64,000 nucleotides of DNA from a virus. This document shows positions 49,361 through 59,500 of this stretch, one piece after another. Below the pieces are notes generated by a model, which was given only the letters and a program-made list of their open reading frames with translations, was not told the origin of the DNA and did no database searches. The stretch lies in IMG/VR virus record IMGVR_UViG_3300007609_000005, positions 1 to 64,000 of that record, one strand, 5' to 3'. A program made the translations under genes and the position numbers. Numbering within the stretch: the first letter of the stretch is position 1; each line of letters opens with the position of its first letter.

Positions 49361-50109
49361 AAAAACATTTAAGAAAGTATAACGAATTACACTCAAGTGT
49401 GTATAAGAAAGTCGGTAAAAAACTAACAGATATGGGACATATTAATCGTGGCGAAAAATTATCTGATTATGCAGAACACAAAAAACATTCAGAAATCCAT
49501 GAAAGAGCAACCGAAACAAGAGAACTTTATTCAAAATATCCCCAATTCAAACCAACAATAACATTTTACGATGGATGGGGTATGGAAGAACCCGAATACA
49601 CAACATTTATAACATTCAGCACACATGAGATATCGAATCTGTTTCATGGTATTGGAGACAATAAGAAATATTTAGAATTTGGACTATATATGGTACCATC
49701 TAAACAAATGATCGATTATATTTTTGAATTGCAAAAAGAAATGAAAATCTATAAATTCATATACACACCATACATTATATTAGGTTTGGTTAATATGGAG
49801 TTTCATGCAGATGCTGCAAAAATGACACTATCAAGATTATATTATGATGACGAACGATCCGATATATCCTCAGAATTTACAAGCCGCAGAGAAGCAGTTA
49901 GCCTGAAAAAACTAATATATGATATATTAAATAAAGAAACAGATTACCCAGTTGGTCCATGGAACGAAAACACAAAATCAAAACCACAATACCAAGAGTT
50001 CGAGGAAGCACTGTCTGAAGTTGATGTCCTTGGTGAATATGGACTTGATATGGAAGATATTGCAGAAATGGTCAAAAACCATACAGTAAATGAATTATAT
50101 AAGAATTAA
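49357..50109 (+). CDS. hypothetical protein (N-tag), tandem paralog 2
   Basis: MKKHLRKYNEL; paralogous to 48542-49360. Confidence 0.75.
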   Translation: MKKHLRKYNELHSSVYKKVGKKLTDMGHINRGEKLSDYAEHKKHSEIHERATETRELYSKYPQFKPTITFYDGWGMEEPEYTTFITFSTHEISNLFHGIGDNKKYLEFGLYMVPSKQMIDYIFELQKEMKIYKFIYTPYIILGLVNMEFHADAAKMTLSRLYYDDERSDISSEFTSRREAVSLKKLIYDILNKETDYPVGPWNENTKSKPQYQEFEEALSEVDVLGEYGLDMEDIAEMVKNHTVNELYKN

Positions 50110-51330
50110 ATGATACATAATTTTAAAAAATACAATGAAGCCCAAGAAGATACAGTTGGGAAACTTCCCTTGGAGGCAGAAGGTCTATATGATATGATGC
50201 CCGATTCCATAAAGGAGATATCCAAAGTATTCAGTGAATCAGGGAAAAGCCTTTACCTTGTGGGTGGTGCAATCAGAGATTATATCAAAGGTCAAGAACC
50301 AAAAGATTATGATGTTGCAACTGATGCAATGCCAGATGAAGTATTGGATATCCTTAAAGGGTATAAGACACAACTACAAGGAGAAGCTTTTGGAATCGTA
50401 GTGGTTTACACAGATGATCAACCAGAAGGAATGGAAATTGCCACCTTCCGCCAAGATATAAGCAAAGGCAGAAACCCAAAGGTAAAACTTGGTGTAACGA
50501 TTGAAGAAGATGTGGAAAGGCGTGACCTAACCTATAATGCAATGTTCTATCACATTGAGAAAAAGGAGATATATGACCTTGTTGGTGGTATGAAGGACTT
50601 AGAAGATGGCATAACACGAATGGTTGGAGATCCTTTCGAAAGAATAGAAGAAGATTCCCTTAGAATTTTGAGGGCTTTCCGGTTTGCATCCAGATACAAT
50701 CACATATTGGATGAACGTTCAATCGAGGCATTTGAAAAGAGAAATAATTTAGAGAACATCGATCCAGATACAGGGGAATTGAAAAGAATATCTTCCGAAC
50801 GTATTTATGAAGAAATGCAAAAGGCATGGAAACAATCACCTGACTATAACTATTATTTACAATTCTTCAATGAATTCAATATGTGGTCAGAGGTCTTTCC
50901 AGGTGCAAATATAAATGAGAATTTGATTGAAACCGATAGTTTCAGAGTATGCCTCGCCAATCTTTTCAGAAATGAGAATCCAAATGGATTGGCGAATAAA
51001 CTGATAAGTAAATATAAGATAGATGGTGGTACAGCCGACACCATCGAATTTTTAATTGAATTCAACAATATGACTGAAGAAAATGCCATTGAAGTTCAGA
51101 AAAAATTGAAAAAGAAAAATCTTGATGTGGAAAATATCAAGGAATCGGATATACTTGAATGGATACGAGTTGAAAATCTTGGTAACCTACATAAGAAATT
51201 TCTTCAATATAAACCAAAGAATTGGAGTGACGAATTGAAGAAACAAGGGTTTAAACCCGGTCCGGAATTCGGAAAAGAGATAAGAAAACGTAGTATAGAC
51301 GATTTTAAGACTTTCATTTCTAATAAATAA
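50110..51330 (+). CDS. cca: class II CCA tRNA nucleotidyltransferase (N-tag)
   Basis: LVGGAIRD, KDYDVAT, EIATFR, RRDLTYNA, EDSLRILRAFRF, SSERI..E. Confidence 0.88.
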   Translation: MIHNFKKYNEAQEDTVGKLPLEAEGLYDMMPDSIKEISKVFSESGKSLYLVGGAIRDYIKGQEPKDYDVATDAMPDEVLDILKGYKTQLQGEAFGIVVVYTDDQPEGMEIATFRQDISKGRNPKVKLGVTIEEDVERRDLTYNAMFYHIEKKEIYDLVGGMKDLEDGITRMVGDPFERIEEDSLRILRAFRFASRYNHILDERSIEAFEKRNNLENIDPDTGELKRISSERIYEEMQKAWKQSPDYNYYLQFFNEFNMWSEVFPGANINENLIETDSFRVCLANLFRNENPNGLANKLISKYKIDGGTADTIEFLIEFNNMTEENAIEVQKKLKKKNLDVENIKESDILEWIRVENLGNLHKKFLQYKPKNWSDELKKQGFKPGPEFGKEIRKRSIDDFKTFISNK

Positions 51331-51334
51331 CTAT

Positions 51335-52084
51335 ATGATACACTATTTAACACACGTAAAAGATGTTATTGGACAGAACTATATTGGTATTAAGTTCAAT
51401 AAAACGCAATTGACACCATTCCTTGATCAATTAAAGGAACACCTTGGGGATGATTATGAGGAATATGTTAAAAATCAACAGAATCGTGATAGAGGAGGTC
51501 ATCATATGACCGTTATAAATGTCCGAGATTATAATAAACTCACAAAAGAAATCGGTATGGACGAATTTACAAAACAAGTAAGTGAGTTATTCAAATATCC
51601 AATAAATGACCTTAAACTCATGGGAGTTGGTACGGGGACAAATGGAACAAACACTACATACTTCGTTGTAGGTAAATCAGATAAATTAGATGCCATCCGA
51701 AAAAGATATGACCTCAAAGAACATGATTTCCACATAACCATCGGTTTTAAACACAAAGATGTTTTCGGTATTCGAAAAAATGAGGTTATGAAGAAGAAAA
51801 GCAAATTTGTTGATGTTTTCAGAGAAAAATTCATGGAAAGGGAGAATTTTCACTTTTTAAAACAAATAGATAATTGGAAGGAGAATCCCGATAAAGATAT
51901 AATACCTATATCAATATCAGACGAAGATCTAATTGTTAAGGTTGATGATACTGTATTGAGAATAAGTCTTGTTGATCTGGGAAAGGGTGATGTTCTATGG
52001 GTTACCAATCGTTATAAAGATGAAAAAAACCTAAAACGAATGCCACTTACAGATGTTATCGGTTTCCTGAAAGAAAAAAATTGA
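51335..52084 (+). CDS. 2H phosphoesterase (RNA-repair type)
   Basis: HHMTV and DFHITIGF...DV motifs. Confidence 0.8.
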   Translation: MIHYLTHVKDVIGQNYIGIKFNKTQLTPFLDQLKEHLGDDYEEYVKNQQNRDRGGHHMTVINVRDYNKLTKEIGMDEFTKQVSELFKYPINDLKLMGVGTGTNGTNTTYFVVGKSDKLDAIRKRYDLKEHDFHITIGFKHKDVFGIRKNEVMKKKSKFVDVFREKFMERENFHFLKQIDNWKENPDKDIIPISISDEDLIVKVDDTVLRISLVDLGKGDVLWVTNRYKDEKNLKRMPLTDVIGFLKEKN

Positions 52085-52088
52085 TGAA

Positions 52089-52343
52089 ATGAAATTATAC
52101 CGATATTATTCATTTGTCGAATGTTCAGATGAAAGTGAAGTAACAGATTACCTTGAAGATCTAAGGTACGAGGGGAAAATACAATGGGAAATGATCGATC
52201 AATGGTCATTCCATATTGAGGATTCTGACCTATCAGAATTTGATGAAAGATTACTTATCGAATATTTAGATGAAAAGAATGTTTTACCATCATCAGATTT
52301 TGAAGATGGAGATGAAATGGGCGGATACTATTATGATTATTGA
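52089..52343 (+). CDS. acidic hypothetical protein
   Basis: 84 aa ORF. Confidence 0.55.
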   Translation: MKLYRYYSFVECSDESEVTDYLEDLRYEGKIQWEMIDQWSFHIEDSDLSEFDERLLIEYLDEKNVLPSSDFEDGDEMGGYYYDY

Positions 52344-52347
52344 TTCT

Positions 52348-52737
52348 TTACTTGAAATTTGAAAACTTTACAATATCAAAATTGTTATCAACACTATCCA
52401 TTATTTTATCCATCACCTTAGGTTTAGATAATGGTAATAAATTCTTCAATGCCTGTTGAATTCTATTCTTTTGGTCAAGTGCAAGTTCAACAACTTCACC
52501 ATCTTTCTTAACAACAAGGTCTTTGGCTTTAATAATTTCAATAGGGGCTTCTATATCAACCCGTCCAGATAAAACTTCAATGGTTATTTTCATGACATTT
52601 TCATCACGATAGACATCCGGTTTTACATCATGGAGCATTGAAGTTATTTCATTCACCAGATCCTTATTCTTATTGGCACTTCTTCCAATGCCGAACATTT
52701 CCTCATTTACTTGGTCGAAAGTTTTAATATTATTCAT
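52348..52737 (-). CDS. hypothetical protein (N-tag)
   Basis: Starts MNNIKTFDQVNEE after TAATATATA. Confidence 0.65.
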   Translation of the reverse strand: MNNIKTFDQVNEEMFGIGRSANKNKDLVNEITSMLHDVKPDVYRDENVMKITIEVLSGRVDIEAPIEIIKAKDLVVKKDGEVVELALDQKNRIQQALKNLLPLSKPKVMDKIMDSVDNNFDIVKFSNFK

Positions 52738-52803
52738 ACACTATATATTATTATATGAATCCCTTTTTTCAAACTTACCAATCCATATTACATATATAAA
52801 TGT

Positions 52804-53190
52804 ATGTATAAAGTGAGATTCAATTTAGGAAGAGGTTCTAACTTTCGGAAATGGCAAGTACGGGATAAAGACAACAAACCAACCCACTTCGATCCAATGG
52901 AAGTAACATTGGTAATGTCTAAATGCCAACTCAAAAATAATAAAAATACAGCCAATAAGATATTCGAGGGCTCACATAAAACAGTTTGTGCATGGATAGA
53001 ATGCGAATCTGTTAATGTTATTCGAAAAAATCACCCAATGGATATGGAAACAATGGAATTGAAATATAACCCAAGAAAAAATCCATATTGGACAATTGGA
53101 GACAGTAACGAGGATATAGACAATGAAAAGTATGATCTTATATATTCTGGTAACACACATTTATACACTCCAAAATTATTTTTTGACTAA
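52804..53190 (+). CDS. phage hypothetical protein
   Basis: 128 aa; KVRFNLGRG...KTVCAW...YNPRKNP.W. Confidence 0.65.
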   Translation: MYKVRFNLGRGSNFRKWQVRDKDNKPTHFDPMEVTLVMSKCQLKNNKNTANKIFEGSHKTVCAWIECESVNVIRKNHPMDMETMELKYNPRKNPYWTIGDSNEDIDNEKYDLIYSGNTHLYTPKLFFD

Positions 53191-53328
53191 ATAAATACCA
53201 CATTTGAACTTAAATTGGAATAAATTTCAAAAAATTTCAAAAAAAGTTCACACAATATTTGTTTGTATCAAAAAGAAATGCATATCTTTGTAATCGTAAA
53301 TCAATTATTAATCATAAACAACAGTAAA

Positions 53329-54498
53329 ATGTCAGAAGAAAAAGAAAAAAATGTGCAACGGATTAAAGACCGAGAGGCAAAATCCGAAAGTGGAATGATC
53401 TCTAACCAAGAGTTCTCTCCACGAATGAAAAACCTCACAAAGAAAGAGGAAGCCTACTTCCGTTCAATGTGGCCAAAGTATGGTGTTCTCTTCATCACAG
53501 CAAAACCAGGTGTTGCTAAATCAGCAATTGCCCGTTCCATTGCTGAGAAGATGGGATTCCGTTACATGGACCTTCGCCTTTCAATGGTTGATGAGACTGA
53601 TGTCGGTCTTTTCCCAAATGTGAGTGAAGTTGATGGTTCTAAAGTTCTTGATCACGTTGTTCCACGTTGGGCAGTTGAATCCAACAAGCAACCAACCATC
53701 ATCCACTTCGAGGAGTTGAACCGTGCAACCCAACAGGTTCGTAATGCAGCACTTCAAATCCTTCTTGAAAGAGAAATCGGTACGAATTTCAAATTCAATG
53801 ACAATGTATTGATGATGGCTTCAGGTAACCTTGGTGACGAAGATGGTACTGATGTCGAGGAATTTGACTCAGCATTGAACGGTCGTCTTATCCACGTTCA
53901 ACACACATTGAGTGTAGATGAGTGGATGGAAAACTTCGCAAAGGAGAATGTTCACCCAACAATCGTTGGATATCTGAACTCTCACCCGGAGAAACTTTAT
54001 GTTGATCCAAACCAGGATGACAAATTCAATGCATACGCATCACCACGTTCATGGACAATGATGAGTGAGTTTATTGTGAAGAACTACGGCATCAATGCAA
54101 CTGCGAAGGATTTCCTTCCTGCATTGAAACAACAAGCCGGTTCTTATATCGGTGCAACTGCGGTGAAGTACATCCAATACTGTGAGGATATGTTGCGTAT
54201 CAGCATCATGGATGTATTGAACAACTACAAGAAAGTTAAAAACGATCTTGAGCAGTACAACCGTGACAAGAAGTCTGAACTAATTCAATCTCTTAAAGAG
54301 ATGGAGGTAACAGAACTTACTGATAAGCAGATGAAAAACTGCGTAGCTTTCTTGAAGACTGTGGATGATGATGAATTGACTGCATACCTTCTTCACCTAG
54401 TAGATACCAATTACGAAGTGACAAGTGATAAACTGAAGAAATTTCTTTTGAATTTCAGAGATACACTTCAGACAATCCACAGTATTAACAACAAATAA
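53329..54498 (+). CDS. MoxR-like AAA+ ATPase
   Basis: KPGVAKS Walker A, FEELNRA..QVRNAALQ, ASGN, ALNGR, SPRSW; likely start MSEEK after the TATCTTTG box. Confidence 0.88.
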   Translation: MSEEKEKNVQRIKDREAKSESGMISNQEFSPRMKNLTKKEEAYFRSMWPKYGVLFITAKPGVAKSAIARSIAEKMGFRYMDLRLSMVDETDVGLFPNVSEVDGSKVLDHVVPRWAVESNKQPTIIHFEELNRATQQVRNAALQILLEREIGTNFKFNDNVLMMASGNLGDEDGTDVEEFDSALNGRLIHVQHTLSVDEWMENFAKENVHPTIVGYLNSHPEKLYVDPNQDDKFNAYASPRSWTMMSEFIVKNYGINATAKDFLPALKQQAGSYIGATAVKYIQYCEDMLRISIMDVLNNYKKVKNDLEQYNRDKKSELIQSLKEMEVTELTDKQMKNCVAFLKTVDDDELTAYLLHLVDTNYEVTSDKLKKFLLNFRDTLQTIHSINNK

Positions 54499-54537
54499 GT
54501 GTATGTTGTATAGACATATAATACTGTGATACTGTTG

Positions 54538-54572
54538 AGAGGGGCTTTGGTAAAACAAAGCCCCTCTTTTTT
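54538..54572 (+). terminator. intrinsic terminator
   Basis: AGAGGGGCTTTG-gtaaaa-CAAAGCCCCTCT followed by TTTTT. Confidence 0.88.
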
Positions 54573-54584
54573 CGTATAAAGATA

Positions 54585-54797
54585 ATGAGAATCAGAATTC
54601 GTGTCATATCAGAACTTGGGGAATTCATAGGTGATACCTTAGAAGTAACACCCGATGAATATAAAGGACTTTGTGAAATATCTAAAGACTATTATAACCA
54701 AAATGGATTCGAAATGATAACGGAAGATGGTGGTTTGGTAATAATACCACCAAATATAATAACTGATTCCATATTAAAAATAGATGTTATGAAATGA
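54585..54797 (+). CDS. hypothetical protein
   Basis: 70 aa ORF with ATGA overlap. Confidence 0.55.
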   Translation: MRIRIRVISELGEFIGDTLEVTPDEYKGLCEISKDYYNQNGFEMITEDGGLVIIPPNIITDSILKIDVMK

Positions 54798-55453
54798 GTA
54801 GGTTTAAAAATATGTTTAAGAAATTCGGAGGTGAAAAAATCCCGGACATTATAGAGTATTTAAGAGAACGGATAGATGAAAACCCCAATCTCACAATTAC
54901 TGTTGGATGTGATTCCATACAAAAACGTAGAAAAACCATTTACGCATGTACAATAATGTTCTATGATATGGATATCCGTAGAGGGGCACACGTTGTCTTT
55001 TTCCGTGAAAAGGTAGATAAGGTAAGGGATGACCTTGAAAGACTTTATAAGGAGTCTGTATATGCATATGAGATTGCAGAGTACTTGGATTCTGAGTTAT
55101 CATCTTTCTATGTTCGAAAAGACATAACAGATTATGAAAGAAAGAGATATAAATACCACCTACAGGAATGTGACGGTAACAATTCTTGGATAAAAGACCA
55201 CCATGTTGAGAAATACATCGATAACATGGTGCTTTCTGACCAAGAAAAATCTATGGAATATAAAATGGTTGATATACACTTGGATTATAACCCAAAGAAA
55301 TATACATTGAACCGAGGCAGGAAGCAAGTAAATATATCCAATGAATCTTTTTTAAGTTACGTTCCATGGTTGAAAGGACTTAATTACAGAGTGTTCTGTA
55401 AAAAGGATAGCCATGCTGCAACTTCTGCTGCTGACTTGTTATTGAAAGATTAA
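54794..55453 (+). CDS. RNase H-fold YkuK (DUF458)-like protein
   Basis: VGCDS, RL..E...A, IHLDYN, SHAATSAAD. Confidence 0.75.
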   Translation: MSRFKNMFKKFGGEKIPDIIEYLRERIDENPNLTITVGCDSIQKRRKTIYACTIMFYDMDIRRGAHVVFFREKVDKVRDDLERLYKESVYAYEIAEYLDSELSSFYVRKDITDYERKRYKYHLQECDGNNSWIKDHHVEKYIDNMVLSDQEKSMEYKMVDIHLDYNPKKYTLNRGRKQVNISNESFLSYVPWLKGLNYRVFCKKDSHAATSAADLLLKD

Positions 55454-55509
55454 ATCCTTATATTTGTAATCAATCATTAAACAAAATCATAAAATAAGAT
55501 ATAAGTAAT

Positions 55510-56076
55510 ATGAATAGAGAAGTAAGTGTACATGGATTACATTATTCACAAAGTCAAGTTGGTACATATGTATGCCTTTTATCAGAAGATATTGGCACAC
55601 GCAAATTACCCATCATTGTAAATTCTGCAGATGCACAAGTAATAGCATTGAAAGTTGAGAATATGAAATCTCCAAGACCTTTGATGGCAGATGTTGTCGA
55701 TAATGTTATTGATGCATTCGGTGGATTTTGTAGAGAAGTTGTGATATATAACATTCTTGAAGGTGTTTTTTATGCAAAAATCGTAGTTAGCAATCATGTT
55801 GATACATTTGATATTGAATGTACTGCCGGTGCTGCCATTACATTATCAAAGGTATTTAATTGCCCTCTTTTCGTTGATGAAAAGGTTCTTGATAGTACTG
55901 GGATTGAAATTGGGGATGATGGAGAACCGGTTGAAGAAGAACATCAACCAAGTGAAAGTGTTGTTCGGATTGAAGACCTTGAACGAATGTTAGAAGATGC
56001 ACTCGATTCCGAGGATTATATGTTGGCTGCTGAATTACGTGATAAGATCCAAGACCGAAAGGAACAAGAGCAGTAA
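55510..56076 (+). CDS. bifunctional nuclease (DUF151) with C-terminal UVR domain
   Basis: RKLPI...AQVIA...PRPL..D, EGVFYAKI; C-terminal LEDAL..EDY.LAAELRD. Confidence 0.85.
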   Translation: MNREVSVHGLHYSQSQVGTYVCLLSEDIGTRKLPIIVNSADAQVIALKVENMKSPRPLMADVVDNVIDAFGGFCREVVIYNILEGVFYAKIVVSNHVDTFDIECTAGAAITLSKVFNCPLFVDEKVLDSTGIEIGDDGEPVEEEHQPSESVVRIEDLERMLEDALDSEDYMLAAELRDKIQDRKEQEQ

Positions 56077-56147
56077 TAAAGGTTTATTCTGCCTTATTGC
56101 AATCACACGGTTCTTTCATCAGGTGAACACTTAAAGGATATATTTTA

Positions 56148-56504
56148 ATGCCAGAATACACCAATATAAGTAAAGAAGTAAGGGGAACATTGATGGATAC
56201 AACATCAACCGAATTAATCGCAAATTGGCTAAAGCCGTATTTCCCAGAAATAACATATGAAAATATAGATATATCAAAAACACCATTTAATAATTTAACG
56301 CTAAATTATAAAGATATCCCAATACTGTTTGAGAGGGATTTTGTTTTAACCATAAACCCTGTAAAAGATAAACATGGTAATTACCAAACTACCGAATTCA
56401 AACGATGGATAATTGAGGATCTTCCGGCATTAACAATTAAACACAAAAGGAGAAAACTTCTTGATACAATAATGAATGAGAAAAGGAGCACAAACATTCA
56501 ATGA
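56148..56504 (+). CDS. hypothetical protein (C-tag)
   Basis: RRKLLDTIM near the C-terminus. Confidence 0.55.
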   Translation: MPEYTNISKEVRGTLMDTTSTELIANWLKPYFPEITYENIDISKTPFNNLTLNYKDIPILFERDFVLTINPVKDKHGNYQTTEFKRWIIEDLPALTIKHKRRKLLDTIMNEKRSTNIQ

Positions 56505-56872
56505 AGATCAAACTCAAAAAAGCAAAAATACAACTCCGCCACAGGATAAAGATATTTAAACATTTTTACCTCAAAAGATATTTTATCATAAATGGTATTA
56601 TTCTAATTATTGCGATACACAACTATGTAATGCATGGTGACTTAACAGGATTCATTTGTTTTGGTTCAACATTGGCAATATTCCTATTACTTTTTTTATC
56701 AGTTGATATTCAGGCAAGATCAGATAATAATTTCAATCACCCAATCGATAAACTTCTCCAAAGAGAAATAGGTAATGACCAAGAATATAAATCAATACTC
56801 GAAGAAGAGAAATTTACAAAGAACAAAAAAGAACGTGAAAAGAAACTTAAGAAAATATTAAATGATAATTGA
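56501..56872 (+). CDS. hypothetical membrane protein (C-tag)
   Basis: Two TM segments; ends REKKLKKILNDN. Confidence 0.6.
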   Translation: MKIKLKKAKIQLRHRIKIFKHFYLKRYFIINGIILIIAIHNYVMHGDLTGFICFGSTLAIFLLLFLSVDIQARSDNNFNHPIDKLLQREIGNDQEYKSILEEEKFTKNKKEREKKLKKILNDN

Positions 56873-56918
56873 CATATGGAACACTTGCCATTCCATTTAA
56901 AATCTGTATATTTGTATT

Positions 56919-57641
56919 ATGGATATTACAAAACCATTTTATATATTCGGGTCAGAAAACTCACAAGATTATGATGTGTTGGTCTCCGTTGATGAAATAC
57001 CACAGGAAATTGATAAAGCACATAAAATCTGTAAGTTTTGGAATCAAAGATTATCTCTTATTCTAACAGACAAACCATTAAACTGTAACATCGGTGTTTT
57101 TAATGATGGTGATCTGGTTTCTTGTTTTAAAGGAACTGTTGACGAATTATCAAATGTGTTGTATTATACATATGATAACCACACACAATATTTCCCCAAC
57201 CCCATTAAAAATCCAGTTGAACGGGACTTGGATGAAAAATTGGTAAGAGTTGCAAGATTCATCATTTCCTTTTATTCACGTACAGAACTCAGAAGTGATA
57301 TTAAGAAGGCACTACGTGGAAACATATCGGATAGAACCAATGTCATTAAAAAGATAGATTTTACCAAAATGACCGAATTCCCCGGTAAAAAAGAAAAGAA
57401 AGAAGACATATACAAAGTACTTGCTTTCCAATTTGGACAAGTATTCTCTATGGTGGATGATAAAGAATCTGAATCTTATACCAAAACCGAGATAATGAAA
57501 AACTATCCCGATCTGGGAAATATGTTAGTTAGGGGAGAAACCAAACAAACCGACCTGGAAACTCTCAATGAGTACCGTGATCGGTTTGTCGATTATGTGG
57601 AGAAAAACTTGGATAGTAAGTTAGTAGAGACTCTTATTTAA
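56919..57641 (+). CDS. pol-beta-family nucleotidyltransferase-like protein
   Basis: YIFGS...QDYDVLV (GS...DxD). Confidence 0.6.
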   Translation: MDITKPFYIFGSENSQDYDVLVSVDEIPQEIDKAHKICKFWNQRLSLILTDKPLNCNIGVFNDGDLVSCFKGTVDELSNVLYYTYDNHTQYFPNPIKNPVERDLDEKLVRVARFIISFYSRTELRSDIKKALRGNISDRTNVIKKIDFTKMTEFPGKKEKKEDIYKVLAFQFGQVFSMVDDKESESYTKTEIMKNYPDLGNMLVRGETKQTDLETLNEYRDRFVDYVEKNLDSKLVETLI

Positions 57642-57798
57642 GAAGCCTCTCTGCCTTTATCTTTTTCCACTTCTCTATATCATTCTCCATAAGCTTTCGG
57701 ATTCTCTTAGACATAGTAAAACTATTTTCTTCACAGAAATCTTTATAATCTTTATGTAATTTCTTAGGGATTCGGATATTCATTAACTTATCGTGCAT
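57634..57798 (-). CDS. ribbon-helix-helix DNA-binding protein (54 aa, absent from ORF track)
   Basis: MHDKLMNIRIPKKLHKDYKDFCEENSFTMSKRIRKLME: RHH beta-alpha-alpha pattern. Confidence 0.7.
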   Translation of the reverse strand: MHDKLMNIRIPKKLHKDYKDFCEENSFTMSKRIRKLMENDIEKWKKIKAERLLK

Positions 57799-57878
57799 AA
57801 TTCAGACTTTTATTTACTTGTATATATATGTATTTCTCCTCTCCCTAAACCATTTATTAAATTTATCATATAAAACAC

Positions 57879-58118
57879 ATGTGCAATTCACGAATATATG
57901 ACGAAAAGATATTTAAGGATAAAATTGAGAAACTTAGAACGGAGTATTACTATTGCCCTCACTGCTTTGCGAATAATTTAACATCCATAACAAGTGGTGG
58001 TGCTATATTAATACATGATTACCTATGCATCAATTGCAATGAAACATTCGATATTATTTTAGCATTGACCAAGACGGAAATTAGGGAATTGAAACTCAAT
58101 AAACTACTTTCTAATTGA
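57879..58118 (+). CDS. zinc-ribbon protein (C-tag)
   Basis: CPHC...CINC; ends RELKLNKLL. Confidence 0.65.
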   Translation: MCNSRIYDEKIFKDKIEKLRTEYYYCPHCFANNLTSITSGGAILIHDYLCINCNETFDIILALTKTEIRELKLNKLLSN

Positions 58119-58472
58119 CTTTCTATGTTGAATTACCCTATGACAACGATAACCTACATATAATTGAACAAAACATGGATAAACATTCACAAATAGGTTA
58201 AATAACCACCACATTGGAGGTATGTGCCCAATTATAGATAAGGGTATAATTATATAAGTAAGAAAACCAATAATATGTATAGTGAATATTCGTACTGCAC
58301 TCGCCTTTCTAATTTTAACACTTTTTAAAGCCGATAACCCACTTGCAATAAAACGTATGATAGGGTTCTTTGATTGCCCATTTGTCACAAGTAACCAGTT
58401 CATATAGAATTTAGTACCGGTAACAATTGCTAACACCTCAACAACATCTCTGATCTTATCTGAATCATACAT
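58104..58472 (-). CDS. membrane protein, weak CrtO-acyltransferase-like pattern
   Basis: H..G...N...NVYP..VQ.Y...R. Confidence 0.45.
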   Translation of the reverse strand: MYDSDKIRDVVEVLAIVTGTKFYMNWLLVTNGQSKNPIIRFIASGLSALKSVKIRKASAVRIFTIHIIGFLTYIIIPLSIIGHIPPMWWLFNLFVNVYPCFVQLYVGYRCHRVIQHRKSIRK

Positions 58473-58511
58473 ATGATGTAAATATACAACAAAAAATTTA
58501 ATATATGTAAT

Positions 58512-58862
58512 ATGAAGTTAGATTTTCAATTACTTAGACACAACTATATCAAACGACTTGTTATATTTTCTCTATTTCTATATAAGAACCAAAGAAAAAA
58601 TGAAGTGACATATTCCAACTTAGTCCGTTCGTTCATTGACAAAAGACTTAATATAAACATAGAATTGGATATTGATGTTGGTCCAAAAATGCCAAAGGTC
58701 GATGTGAGAAATGTTCTATTAGATGACATACTTGGTGATTCAGATATGGATGTGGGAGTAATGAATCTTGTCATTGTTAATTTCAAAACAGGACACAAAG
58801 AGGAAACACTACAAATAAATTTGAACGATGAAGAAAAATACGAACTATTTTTAGAATCTTAG
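58512..58862 (+). CDS. hypothetical protein
   Basis: 116 aa; internal RNVLLDDIL. Confidence 0.55.
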   Translation: MKLDFQLLRHNYIKRLVIFSLFLYKNQRKNEVTYSNLVRSFIDKRLNINIELDIDVGPKMPKVDVRNVLLDDILGDSDMDVGVMNLVIVNFKTGHKEETLQINLNDEEKYELFLES

Positions 58863-59500
58863 TTCGAAACTGGAACATATTTATCAACTTTCCTTTTGTG
58901 CAGCCGGTTGCTGCGTAATTTAAAATATTTCCACTTACGTCTCATGTTCATTGCAACATAATATGCATCAGGTTTCAATAGATCATTGAATATTTTCATA
59001 TTATGAAATTGTCTTTTATAAACCATCTCAATGAATCCATCATCTACATTATGACCACCTTTTTCCGAACGTTCTTTATTTTGTTTTTTCGCAGTTTCGA
59101 GATCAACAATAATATGTACAAACATTAGTTTATATCCATATTTCTTAGATTCCTCCTTCACCCTCAAAAGTACTCTATCATTGGTTGCTGTTGTATCATA
59201 TACAAAGTTTTGTCCAGACTCCATAAAGGCAAATAATCTTTTAATATTCAATTCAGACGAACCCGAAACATATTCCTCACTCGAACCACCTAATAAAGTA
59301 CGTGAAACATCATCTGTTGAAAAAATTTTAACATTTTTCATCTTTCTCTTTATCTCATTCATAGCAAATGTTGATTTCCCAGCACCGGGTGCTCCGGTCA
59401 ATATTATTCCCAATTTAGAATTTTCTCTGAATTCTGGAATTGGGTCATTCTTGGAATACTCTTCATTTATATGTTCTTTATACTTTAAAATTTCCATCAC
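58859..59500 (-). CDS. P-loop kinase (zeta-toxin/AAA_33-like) (N-tag)
   Basis: GAPGAGKST, YDTT, R...GGH.V; starts MMEILKYKEHINEE. Confidence 0.75.
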   Translation of the reverse strand: MMEILKYKEHINEEYSKNDPIPEFRENSKLGIILTGAPGAGKSTFAMNEIKRKMKNVKIFSTDDVSRTLLGGSSEEYVSGSSELNIKRLFAFMESGQNFVYDTTATNDRVLLRVKEESKKYGYKLMFVHIIVDLETAKKQNKERSEKGGHNVDDGFIEMVYKRQFHNMKIFNDLLKPDAYYVAMNMRRKWKYFKLRSNRLHKRKVDKYVPVSN

